In this document: one piece after another, positions 9,538-17,798 of the stretch | Layout: every line of letters starts with the position of its first letter | Numbering within the stretch: position 1 is the first letter of the stretch | Assembly (NCBI GenBank): GCA_025359885.1 | Contig: JANYDG010000068.1 | Location: 6,177 to 70,176 of the forward strand | Direction of reading: 5' to 3' | Source of the DNA: Acidobacteriota bacterium | GTDB taxonomy: Bacteria > Acidobacteriota > Terriglobia > Terriglobales > Acidobacteriaceae | DNA length: 64,000 nucleotides | Made by a program: the position numbers and the translations under genes | The notes under the pieces: model-generated | What the model saw: only the letters and a program-made list of their open reading frames with translations | The model's database searches: none | What the model was told of the DNA's origin: nothing

Positions 9538-9655
9538 CTGACGGGCTGAAGCGACAAAGACTGAGAACACTCCGGCGGCAACCCCCTGAGCCTGTCAAGT
9601 AAGGCGAAAGCGGTCGGAGCCAGACAAGAGAAGAATTAACCGTTAGGAGCCGTAA

Positions 9656-11389
9656 ATGAAGCTTTGGAAGATCTCCCTCCCCTTTCTGATGGTCATGCTG
9701 GGTGTGAACCTGGCCTACGCCAAGAAGGAGCCCAAGTACGAAAAGGCGCATCAGCTCACCCAGGACCAGGTCGCCCTGGTCGAGAAGGCGATTGCCCGTG
9801 AGAAGGTCGTCATCAAAAACATCCAGGAGCGGACTCCGCTCGTTGAGACCTACATCCAGGATATGAAGCCGGATGAAAAGCTCTACCAGGTGCCGACCAA
9901 TGACACCTACATGCTGAGCCGGGTGGACTTTCACAAGTCCTTCACCGACAAGCCTTACGCGGCACGGACGCAGGCCAAGCATGGCTTCTTCAAGGGCTCG
10001 ATGAGTGCGCTGGCCAATATTGGCAAGGCGCTGCATCTGGACAAGGAGACCTACAACAACGACGGCTTTACGCAGATGATGTTCCTGGACCCTTCAGGGT
10101 TTGACCAGCAGCATTATGTATTCAGCTATGTTCGTCGTGAGTTCCTGGGCAGCGTGCGCACCTGGGAATTTGACGTGCACCCCAAGGTTTCAGGCAATGG
10201 CCGCTTCACGGGCCGCATCTGGGTTGAGGATCAGGACGGCAACGTCGTCCGCTTCAACGGCAGCTACACCGAGAGCGCCAGCGAAGACAACACCAAGGAA
10301 TACTTCCACTTTGATAGCTGGCGCATGAACATGCAGCCGAATCTGTGGCTGCCGGTTGCGGTCTACGTTGAAGAGTCGCAGCGCATTGAGGGCGGCAAGA
10401 CCGTCGGCCTTCGCGCACAGACTCACTTCTGGGGCTACTCGCTTACACTGCCCACGCGTGAGAGCGAAAATGTTTCGGTGCAGGTTGAGGGCGCAGTGGA
10501 TCAGAGCGCCGATTCGCAGGACATGACGCCGTTGCAGGCGACACGTGCCTGGGTTTCGCAGGCTGAGAACAACGTGCTCGATCGCCTGGTGCAGGCTGGC
10601 TTGCTGGCTCCGCCGAGCGACTTTGACAAGACCCTCGAGCAGATCGTCGTGAACCTGGCAGTTCCCAACAACCTCAATTTTCCTGACCCGGTCCACTGCC
10701 GCATCCTGCTGACGACGACCGTTGAAGCGACGACCGTCGGCAACACGATCCTGATCAGCAAGGGCTTGATCGACACCCTGCCCAACGAAGAATCCATCGC
10801 CTCGGTGGTGGCTTTTGAGCTGGCGCACGTGGCGCTCGGACATCACATTGATACCCGCTATGCATTTAACGACCGTCTGCTCTTCCCTGACGAATCGTCT
10901 TTCCAGCGGATCAAGATGAACCACTCCGATACCGACAATGTCGAGGCATCGAAGAAAGCGACTGAGTACCTTGCAGCTTCGATGTACAAGGACCGCACTT
11001 CGAATGCAGGCCTCTACTTTGCCCAGTTGACCGAGCGTGGCAAGGCACTGAAGCAGCTGAATACGCCGAAACTGGGCGATTCGTTGTTGAAGTCGGATGG
11101 CACCCCGTGGCTCTCTGAACTGGCCAAGACTGCTCCCAAGCTGAACCAGGATGATGTCGCGCAGGTTGCGGCACTTCCGCTGGGCAGCTGGCTCAAGACC
11201 GATCCGTGGGACGACAAGGAGCACATGCTGAATGCCAAGCGGTATGCTCCGATGAATGCCCGCGACAAGATGCCGTTTGAAGTGACGGCCATCTACTACA
11301 AGCTGCAGCGGTACGAGGATGCGCAGAAGGCTCCGGCAGGCACGATGCCAACGGCAACGGCTGCACCGGCGCCGGGTGGAACGAACTAG
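9656..11389 (+). CDS. Secreted two-domain protein with an M48-peptidase-like C-terminal half carrying a degenerate zinc motif
   Basis: Signal peptide MKLWKISLPFLMVMLGVNLAYA. The segment SIASVVAFELAHVALGHH aligns with the M48 motif ..LAHEIGHV..., but the first His is Phe. Confidence 0.5.
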   Translation: MKLWKISLPFLMVMLGVNLAYAKKEPKYEKAHQLTQDQVALVEKAIAREKVVIKNIQERTPLVETYIQDMKPDEKLYQVPTNDTYMLSRVDFHKSFTDKPYAARTQAKHGFFKGSMSALANIGKALHLDKETYNNDGFTQMMFLDPSGFDQQHYVFSYVRREFLGSVRTWEFDVHPKVSGNGRFTGRIWVEDQDGNVVRFNGSYTESASEDNTKEYFHFDSWRMNMQPNLWLPVAVYVEESQRIEGGKTVGLRAQTHFWGYSLTLPTRESENVSVQVEGAVDQSADSQDMTPLQATRAWVSQAENNVLDRLVQAGLLAPPSDFDKTLEQIVVNLAVPNNLNFPDPVHCRILLTTTVEATTVGNTILISKGLIDTLPNEESIASVVAFELAHVALGHHIDTRYAFNDRLLFPDESSFQRIKMNHSDTDNVEASKKATEYLAASMYKDRTSNAGLYFAQLTERGKALKQLNTPKLGDSLLKSDGTPWLSELAKTAPKLNQDDVAQVAALPLGSWLKTDPWDDKEHMLNAKRYAPMNARDKMPFEVTAIYYKLQRYEDAQKAPAGTMPTATAAPAPGGTN

Positions 11390-11435
11390 CCACGCGAACC
11401 TTACGCGAATCGGACGCGAATCGCTGAGAGTACAC

Positions 11436-11477
11436 AGCCGGAAAATCCAGGACCTCAAGTCCGCGGATTTTCCGGCT
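11436..11477 (+). terminator. Intrinsic-terminator-like hairpin after gene 9656..11389
   Basis: AGCCGGAAAATCC (11436-11448) pairs with GGATTTTCCGGCT (11465-11477). An inner GGAC/GTCC pairing is present, and CTATACTTTTGT follows. Confidence 0.6.
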
Positions 11478-11535
11478 ATACTTTTGTAGTTGCCGGGAGG
11501 CTCAATCCCGGTGCAGACCGGATACAACCCCTGAA

Positions 11536-12105
11536 ATGATGAAGCTTCGAAATCTCTGCACGCGATTTTCCTGCGCCCTTTTTCTGTTGCTGGCCCTGCT
11601 GGTGGGCACACCGAGCCAAAGTCTGCATGCCCAGGTGAAGCCTGCGGTCTTTCGCAGCCCTTTTTCTCTGACGGTTGGCGGCACGGCATCTGGTTTTGCA
11701 CCCGATTACGTCCCCCAGAAACTCATCGGAGTGGGCGCGTATGTGGATGTGAATATTTTCCACGGCATTGGGGTGGAGGCTGAAGGGCGCTGGCAGCGCT
11801 TCAACAGCTATCAGAGCATCACGCAGGACAACTACCTGATCGGCCCTCGCGTGAAAGTGCTCTCATTCTGGAAGGCACGGCCCTACGTAAAGGTACTGGG
11901 CGGCTTCTCGACCATGAATTTTGAGCAGAGTATTGCCAGTGGCCGCTTCAGCACGCTGGCCGGAGGCGGCGGAATCGACTTGCAACTCACCCGCCGGATC
12001 AGCCTGCGCGCCATTGATGCGGAGTACCAGTGGTGGCCGAAGTTTCTCGGCGGCAGTCTCAAGCCATACGGGGTAAGCGTCGGCGTCGGGTATCGGGTCT
12101 TTTGA
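11536..12105 (+). CDS. Outer-membrane beta-barrel protein (OmpA-like/porin family)
   Basis: A signal peptide (ALFLLLALLVGTPSQSLHA), alternating beta-strand pattern and a C-terminal ...GVGYRVF ending in Phe. Confidence 0.65.
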   Translation: MMKLRNLCTRFSCALFLLLALLVGTPSQSLHAQVKPAVFRSPFSLTVGGTASGFAPDYVPQKLIGVGAYVDVNIFHGIGVEAEGRWQRFNSYQSITQDNYLIGPRVKVLSFWKARPYVKVLGGFSTMNFEQSIASGRFSTLAGGGGIDLQLTRRISLRAIDAEYQWWPKFLGGSLKPYGVSVGVGYRVF

Positions 12106-12111
12106 AGGCAA

Positions 12112-12146
12112 GTGTGAAGTGTGGAAGAGCGCATACCGCTTCACAC
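12112..12146. repeat. GTGTGAAG...CTTCACAC hairpin, member of the CACAC-type intergenic repeat family
   Basis: gtgtgaag (12112-12119) is complementary to cttcacac (12139-12146). A further tttcacactgacactc follows. It lies between convergent genes. Confidence 0.55.
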
Positions 12147-12178
12147 CCGGACTGGTACCGGCATTTCACACTGACACT

Positions 12179-12667
12179 CTATTTGGCGATGACGTCGATG
12201 GCCACGGGTATGGAGTGTGGGGGCATGCAGACGTTGGTGTTGCAGGCCTGATAGCGCAGTGTGGCCTCGACCAGGTGCTCTCCGCGTGTCGCTGAAAGCT
12301 CGGCGTGGATGATGAATTCGCCGGTGTAGACGCTGAGCTTTTCTTTCGGGTCGATGGGGAATGAGAAGTCGGTGCCGGGCGGGAATGTCGCGTTGACCAG
12401 ATGAACGCCGGAGGCATCCGGAACGTTGAGCGTGGTCGCGATGAATTCTTCCCCGTGCGGGGTGTGCGAATTCACATGGAGACCGGGTGCCACTTTGAAA
12501 TGCAGGTCAACGGCGGTCGGTTTGTCTGCCGCGACCGTGATCTGCTCAGGAAAGAGGTAGGTGACGGCGGTGGCAGCAGCGGGCCGCGACTGCGCCTGGG
12601 AAAAACTGCCCCAGCCGGCGACGGCAAACACGGAAACGACAAGCGAGATGGAGCGGCTGGTCGGCAT
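12179..12667 (-). CDS. DsbD N-terminal (alpha) domain-containing protein
   Basis: A signal peptide and a C-terminal YQACNTNVCMPP motif, like nDsbD. It lies directly downstream of the TlpA gene with 0-nt spacing. Confidence 0.65.
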   Translation of the reverse strand: MPTSRSISLVVSVFAVAGWGSFSQAQSRPAAATAVTYLFPEQITVAADKPTAVDLHFKVAPGLHVNSHTPHGEEFIATTLNVPDASGVHLVNATFPPGTDFSFPIDPKEKLSVYTGEFIIHAELSATRGEHLVEATLRYQACNTNVCMPPHSIPVAIDVIAK

Positions 12668-13312
12668 CTACTTCCCTTCTCCGATAGCCTTTTTGATGTT
12701 GGTTTCGAGCTCGCTCTTGGACGTAAGCCCAAACGATGCAGCGACCACGGTGCCGTTGCGGTCAACGAAGTACGAGGTCGGATAGACGTCGTTATCGCCG
12801 TAAGGCTTGGCGATGCTGTCCCCATCGAGCAGCACAGGGTAGGGGATGTGGAGCTGCTGCACTGATTTCGCAATATCTGCCTTTTCCCTGGCCAGCAGTC
12901 CCTTGTCCTCCTTGTCGAGATCGTCAAACGAGACGCCGAGGATTTCGAAACCCTGCGGACCGTACTGCTTTTCGAGATCGACGAGCCAGGGGGTTTCAAT
13001 CTTGCAGGGGGCACACCAGGTGGCCCAGAAATTGAGCTGGACTGCCTTTCCCTTGTAGCTGGCGAGGGAAACTTTTTCGCCCTTGAGGTTGGTCAGGGTA
13101 AATGCAGGTGCCGCCTTGCCGACCAGCGGCGAAGTCATTTGCGGGGTTCCAGCGCTGTCTGGCACCAGAACGGCCTGCGTCTGCTGGGCAAGCGCGCGCG
13201 CGGCGGCCTGCTTGCGATTTTGCCAGTTGGCCCATCCGGCGAGCGAGAGCAACCCGAGGACCAGGACAACGACGGAGAGTACGATGACGTTACGTTTCAC
13301 TGAATTCAACAC
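12668..13312 (-). CDS. TlpA family thiol:disulfide oxidoreductase (thioredoxin fold)
   Basis: N-terminal TM anchor and the FWATWCAPCKIETPWL active site (WCxxC). Confidence 0.85.
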   Translation of the reverse strand: MLNSVKRNVIVLSVVVLVLGLLSLAGWANWQNRKQAAARALAQQTQAVLVPDSAGTPQMTSPLVGKAAPAFTLTNLKGEKVSLASYKGKAVQLNFWATWCAPCKIETPWLVDLEKQYGPQGFEILGVSFDDLDKEDKGLLAREKADIAKSVQQLHIPYPVLLDGDSIAKPYGDNDVYPTSYFVDRNGTVVAASFGLTSKSELETNIKKAIGEGK

Positions 13313-13389
13313 CCCACACTATTGTAAGACGATTGAGGCGGCCCCGCGGATACAGGAAATGAGCAGGAAACTGGTACCATCGGAGGCGA

Positions 13390-14400
13390 ATGCAAAAGGC
13401 TGATTCAACAGAGATCGCTTTCACGCCCTCTTCTCTCGTTCGCACGGAGGCGGCTGCGCTTGAAGCGCTTGCGGTGCGGCTGGATGCTGCCATGGGCAGG
13501 GACTTTGAGCGGGCCCTTGAGTTGGTGCTTCGCTGTGGCGAAGAGCGTGGCCGGGTGGTGGTGACCGGCATGGGCAAGAGCGGCATCATCGCGCAGAAGA
13601 TTGCTGCGACCCTGAGCTCTACCGGGTCTCCCGCCCTGTTTCTGCATCCGGCTGAAGCGGTGCACGGCGACCTTGGCGTGCTGATGCCTGGAGATGTCGT
13701 GGTGGCGCTGTCGGCGAGTGGCGAGACAGAGGAGATTCTGCGCCTGCTGGCTACGCTCAAGCGCAAGGGCGACGCGCTGATTTCTTTCACCTGCAAGCTC
13801 GATTCGACGCTTGCACTGGCCAGCGATGTGGTGCTGGATGTGAGCGTGGAGCGCGAGGCCTGCGGCCTTGGACAGTTTGGCCTGGCCCCAACCGCCTCAA
13901 CGACGGCGATGCTCGCGCTGGGCGACGCACTTGCGATTGCGGTTTCACTGCGCAAGGGATTCAAGGCAGAGAACTTTGCCGACCTGCACCCGGGCGGCAA
14001 GCTGGGGAAAAAGCTGTCCCTGGTCCGCGATCTGATGCATTCGGGCGAAGCCACCCCGGCCGTGACAGCGCAAACAACCATGACTGACGTGATTTATGAG
14101 ATGAGCCGCAAAAAGCTTGGGCTGACGACAGTTCAGGATGCGGCCGGAAAGCTGCTGGGGGTGATCTCGGACGGCGACCTGCGCCGCCTGCTGGAGCGCG
14201 AAGGCGGTGCTGCCCTGAACAAAACGGCCGGCGAGGCGATGAACGCTCACCCGCGGACCATTGCCGCCAGCGAACTTGCCGCAAGCGCTCTGGCCGAAAT
14301 GGAAGCCCGCAAGATTACTGCGCTCGTCGTTCTTGATGCCGCAGGGCGCGTTGAAGGCGTGCTGCACCTGCACGACCTCTGGGGCATGGAACTGATTTGA
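13390..14400 (+). CDS. kdsD: Arabinose-5-phosphate isomerase (KpsF/GutQ/KdsD family)
   Basis: A SIS domain (VVVTGMGKSGIIAQKIAATLSSTGSPA) followed by tandem CBS domains; 336 aa. Confidence 0.85.
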   Translation: MQKADSTEIAFTPSSLVRTEAAALEALAVRLDAAMGRDFERALELVLRCGEERGRVVVTGMGKSGIIAQKIAATLSSTGSPALFLHPAEAVHGDLGVLMPGDVVVALSASGETEEILRLLATLKRKGDALISFTCKLDSTLALASDVVLDVSVEREACGLGQFGLAPTASTTAMLALGDALAIAVSLRKGFKAENFADLHPGGKLGKKLSLVRDLMHSGEATPAVTAQTTMTDVIYEMSRKKLGLTTVQDAAGKLLGVISDGDLRRLLEREGGAALNKTAGEAMNAHPRTIAASELAASALAEMEARKITALVVLDAAGRVEGVLHLHDLWGMELI

Positions 14401-14448
14401 GCTGGCCTTTGAAGCAACAAACCCGATTCTGCGGAGGAAAATAGACCG

Positions 14449-14937
14449 ATGCCGACAGCTTTTGCCGATTCTGATCAACCCGGAGAGTCGATGACGCTGG
14501 ATGGAAGGTCGCCGGTACGGGCTATGTTTGGAGTGTTGGCGGCTCAGCGCTGGGCGGGGCTGACCATTGCTGCTTCAAGCCTGATCTTTGCGGCGCTGCA
14601 AAGCATTTGTGCCTTTTTTGCTGCCGTTGATGGCCTGCGCATCGGCATCAGTTCGCTGATCCTTGCGTCGAGCACTGCGGACAAAATCGACAGCTTTCAC
14701 ATGAACTGGCTGCGCGTGCCCATGCTGGCGCTCGCCCTGACGGGTGCCGTGCTCAACCTGATCGTTCTGTGGCAGGTGCGGTGGCTGCGCGCCAATCCGG
14801 CATCACGCTGGCGGCAAAGGCCGGTGAGCCTGCGGCGGCTGCGCATGGAGCGGGTACAGCTGGCGCTGTCTGTGCTGACCCTCGCCCTGATCGCCATCGA
14901 AGAGCGGCAGCATTTGCTTTGGCTGGGGCACTTGTAG
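14449..14937 (+). CDS. Hypothetical membrane protein
   Basis: 162-aa ORF with 3-4 hydrophobic segments. I recognise no family. Confidence 0.4.
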   Translation: MPTAFADSDQPGESMTLDGRSPVRAMFGVLAAQRWAGLTIAASSLIFAALQSICAFFAAVDGLRIGISSLILASSTADKIDSFHMNWLRVPMLALALTGAVLNLIVLWQVRWLRANPASRWRQRPVSLRRLRMERVQLALSVLTLALIAIEERQHLLWLGHL

Positions 14938-15016
14938 GTCCGGTCGAGAACTCTGGGAATCCAGCGCGGCTCCCGGAAAGTCGTTTCGCGGTATCATTCT
15001 GGCAGGAGTTCAGCCA

Positions 15017-15349
15017 ATGGCGAACCAACTCGTGCGTGTGGGAAACACCGTAACCGTGGAAGTGCCGGCAGAACTGCTCGCGGAGACCGGTCTGGAACCC
15101 GGAGACTCCGTCGAATGGGTAAAGTCGGCAAATGGCAACCTTTTCCTGGTAGCGGGAGAGAATTTGCACTCAGAGATCAAGCTTGCTTCCCAGGCTCTCG
15201 CCTCAGAGGATGAAGCGGAAGTTCTGGCGCATATCCGGGCCGGCATGGCGGACTTTGAAGCCGGGCGGTCGGTCTCCCATGAAAAAGTGACCGCCTGGCT
15301 GGATAGCTGGGGTACTGAGCACGAACTTCCCGTCCCGGAACTTGACTGA
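15017..15349 (+). CDS. AbrB/SpoVT-domain antitoxin with a C-terminal addiction-module-type tail
   Basis: MANQLVRVGNTVTVEVPAELLAETGLEPGDSVEW is a swapped-hairpin AbrB/MazE-type N-terminus. The TGATG junction overlaps the toxin start. Confidence 0.7.
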   Translation: MANQLVRVGNTVTVEVPAELLAETGLEPGDSVEWVKSANGNLFLVAGENLHSEIKLASQALASEDEAEVLAHIRAGMADFEAGRSVSHEKVTAWLDSWGTEHELPVPELD

Positions 15350-15644
15350 TGCAGCGAACCATTCGCTGGTCGAGAACCGCCCTCATGCAACTGGCTGAGA
15401 TTCGCCAATATGTCGCTCAGGATAAACCAGTTGCAGCGGCCAAACTGGCACGCAGACTGCGCACCTCTGTGAATCTGCTGGCAGATTTTCCATATTCGGG
15501 ACGCACCGGACTCACCCCCGACACAAAACAGTGGGTGATCCCCGGCACCTGCTACATTGCCACGTACGCATTTTGAATCGAGAAATACAAATCCTCTCCC
15601 TGCATCCTGGAATGACGAACTGGTCGGGGGATTCTCCGTCGTGA
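15349..15644 (+). pseudogene. parE: ParE/RelE-family toxin interrupted by a frameshift at a T4 run
   Basis: The 75-aa ORF ends ...YIATYAF* at 15576. The -1 frame continues LNREIQILSLHPGMTNWSGDSPS* to 15644, which resembles the ParE C-terminus (..EILRVLHG..). The restored length would be about 98 aa. Confidence 0.55.
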
Positions 15645-15913
15645 GCCGATACTCCAGGGGCATTGCGGCTTCCACGGTTGGATTGGCGATCGGCCTTGCT
15701 ACTTTCAGTCTCGAACATTTCAGTTCATTCGAGTCGTATTTGGTTCCGTTGTTGCTCCCGGGTGTCATTGGATCGATGGCCGTCGCGGGAAACGCCCACG
15801 CCTTTTCGCTGTGGGTTGCCGCAATGCTCAACTTTCTCATTTATTTTCTGGTCATCTGGCTCATGGGCGCGGTTTTGGCAAAACTTCGCCGGAAGTTCGC
15901 ACGACCGGAATGA
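15641..15913 (+). CDS. Small hypothetical membrane protein
   Basis: A GTG at 15641 is in frame with ORF 15557..15913 and has three hydrophobic segments. It forms a GTGA overlap with the stop of the frame-restored parE. Confidence 0.35.
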   Translation: MSRYSRGIAASTVGLAIGLATFSLEHFSSFESYLVPLLLPGVIGSMAVAGNAHAFSLWVAAMLNFLIYFLVIWLMGAVLAKLRRKFARPE

Positions 15914-16016
15914 GCCTCTGAGCCCGCCCCACTCCCCCAACATTTAGAATTGCAGCTACTGGAATTTGTCTTGCGCCGGAGCCTGTCTCTGGCGGGAAAG
16001 CATGTCGTCTTTTTCT

Positions 16017-17787
16017 ATGCATCGTTGGTCAAAACTGTTTGTCCCCACACTTCGCGAAGCCCCCACAGACGCTGAGGTCGCCAGCCACAAGTTCCTCCTC
16101 CGTGCTGGATACATCCGCCAGCTCGGCGCGGGCATTTACAACTACCTGCCCCTGGGCCAGCGTGCGCTCAACAAGATCATTGGCATCGTCCGGGAAGAGA
16201 TGGATGAGATCGGCCAGGAGTTCTTCCTGCCCGCGCTCAATCCCCGCGAGGCGTGGGAGCTGACCGGCCGCTGGACTGGCATGGGCGACAACATGTTTCG
16301 CCTGAAGGATCGGAAGGGCGCCGAGCTTTGCCTGGCCATGACCCACGAAGAGATCATGACGGAGATCGCCCGCAAGGAGCTGCGCAGCTACAAGCAGCTG
16401 CCAGATCTGGTACCAGATCCAGACCAAATTCCGCGACGAGCCCCGCCCCAAATCCGGCCTGCTGCGCGTCCGCCAGTTCACGATGAAGGACAGCTACTCC
16501 TTTGACATTGACCCTGCCGGCCTCGACCGGTCGTTTGAACTGCACGACGCGGTCTACCGCAAGATCTTCACCCGGTGCGGCCTCAAGTTCGTCGCCGTCG
16601 ACGCTGACTCGGGGGCGATGGGTGGCTCGCAGTCGCAGGAATTCATGGTCTACACCGAGGCTGGCGAAGACCTGATCGCCAGTTGCCCCACCTGCGGCTA
16701 CGCGGCCAATACTGAAAAAGCCACTTCCCTGCTCGACGCGGTCACCGAAATGGCCCCGACCGGCGACGGTTTGCCGGAACTGGTGCTTACCCCCGGCATG
16801 GGAGCCATTGCCGATGTTGCCGCCTTCTTCCAGATTTCCCCGGCCAGTGACATCAAGTGTGTCGCCTACATGGCCCTCAAGCGCGGCGAGAATGGAAAAC
16901 CCGACTCCTGGCACGGCGTTGCGGCATTCCTCCGCGGCGACCACCAGGTGAACGAAACCAAGCTGCAAGGCGCCATCGGCGCGGCTGAACTGCGCACCAT
17001 GAACGGCGACGAACTGGAGCAGTTCCTGCACGCTCCAGCTGGATTTCTCGGCCCGGTCGGGCTCACCGCCGCCGCCAAAGCGCTCACCAGCGGCCTCACG
17101 GTGGTCGTTGACAAAGGCCTCGAAGGGCGCGCCAACCTGGTCGCCGGGGCGAACAAGCTCGACTACCACTTCCGCAATGTGACCCCCGGCCGCGACTTTT
17201 CCTGGACGCTTGCCGCCGACATCCGCACCGTCAACGAAGGCGAGGCTTGTCCTACAATTCTCGAAAACGGAGCATGCTCCGGCAAGCTCGTCGTCGGCAA
17301 AGCGGTCGAGATTGGTCACATCTTCAAGCTGGGGTACAAGTACACTTCTGCGATGGGCGCAACTGTGCTCGACCCCAACGGCAAGGAAGTCACCCCGATC
17401 ATGGGCAGCTACGGCATCGGCATTGAACGCATTCTGACTGCGGCCATTGAGCAGTCGCATGACGCCAACGGCTTCTGGCTCCCTGCCTCGATTGCGCCCT
17501 TCCAGGTCGTCGTAACCGTGACCAATGTGACCGACGCGCTGCTGAGAGAGACAGGCGAAAAACTGGCCGGTGATCTTGACGCTGCCGGGATTGACGTGCT
17601 GCTCGACGACCGCGATGAGCGGGCCGGGGTCAAGTTCAAAGACGCAGATCTGGTTGGTATCCCCTACCGCATCAACGTCGGCAAAAAAGTAGCCGAAGGC
17701 AAAGTCGAGCTGGTCAACCGCGCCATTGCCGGTGCTGAAGACCTGGCGCTGGCTGACGTAGTCCAACGCTTGAAGGCTCTGGTTTAG
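16017..17787 (+). CDS. proS: Proline--tRNA ligase; the reading frame is broken near 16401-16405 (sequencing error or pseudogene)
   Basis: ORF 15966..16505 carries [16 protein letters not shown]...[11 protein letters not shown] 16483..17787, extended upstream in its own frame, reads (Q)[34 protein letters not shown].... Together they form a full-length class II ProRS. Confidence 0.8.
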
Positions 17788-17798
17788 AGGGAAAAAGA

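Noticed and set aside
16395-16410. Programmed ribosomal frameshifting in proS
   Set aside because: There is no slippery heptamer or obvious downstream stimulatory structure at the junction, and no precedent known to me. A 2-nt indel or an assembly error is more parsimonious.
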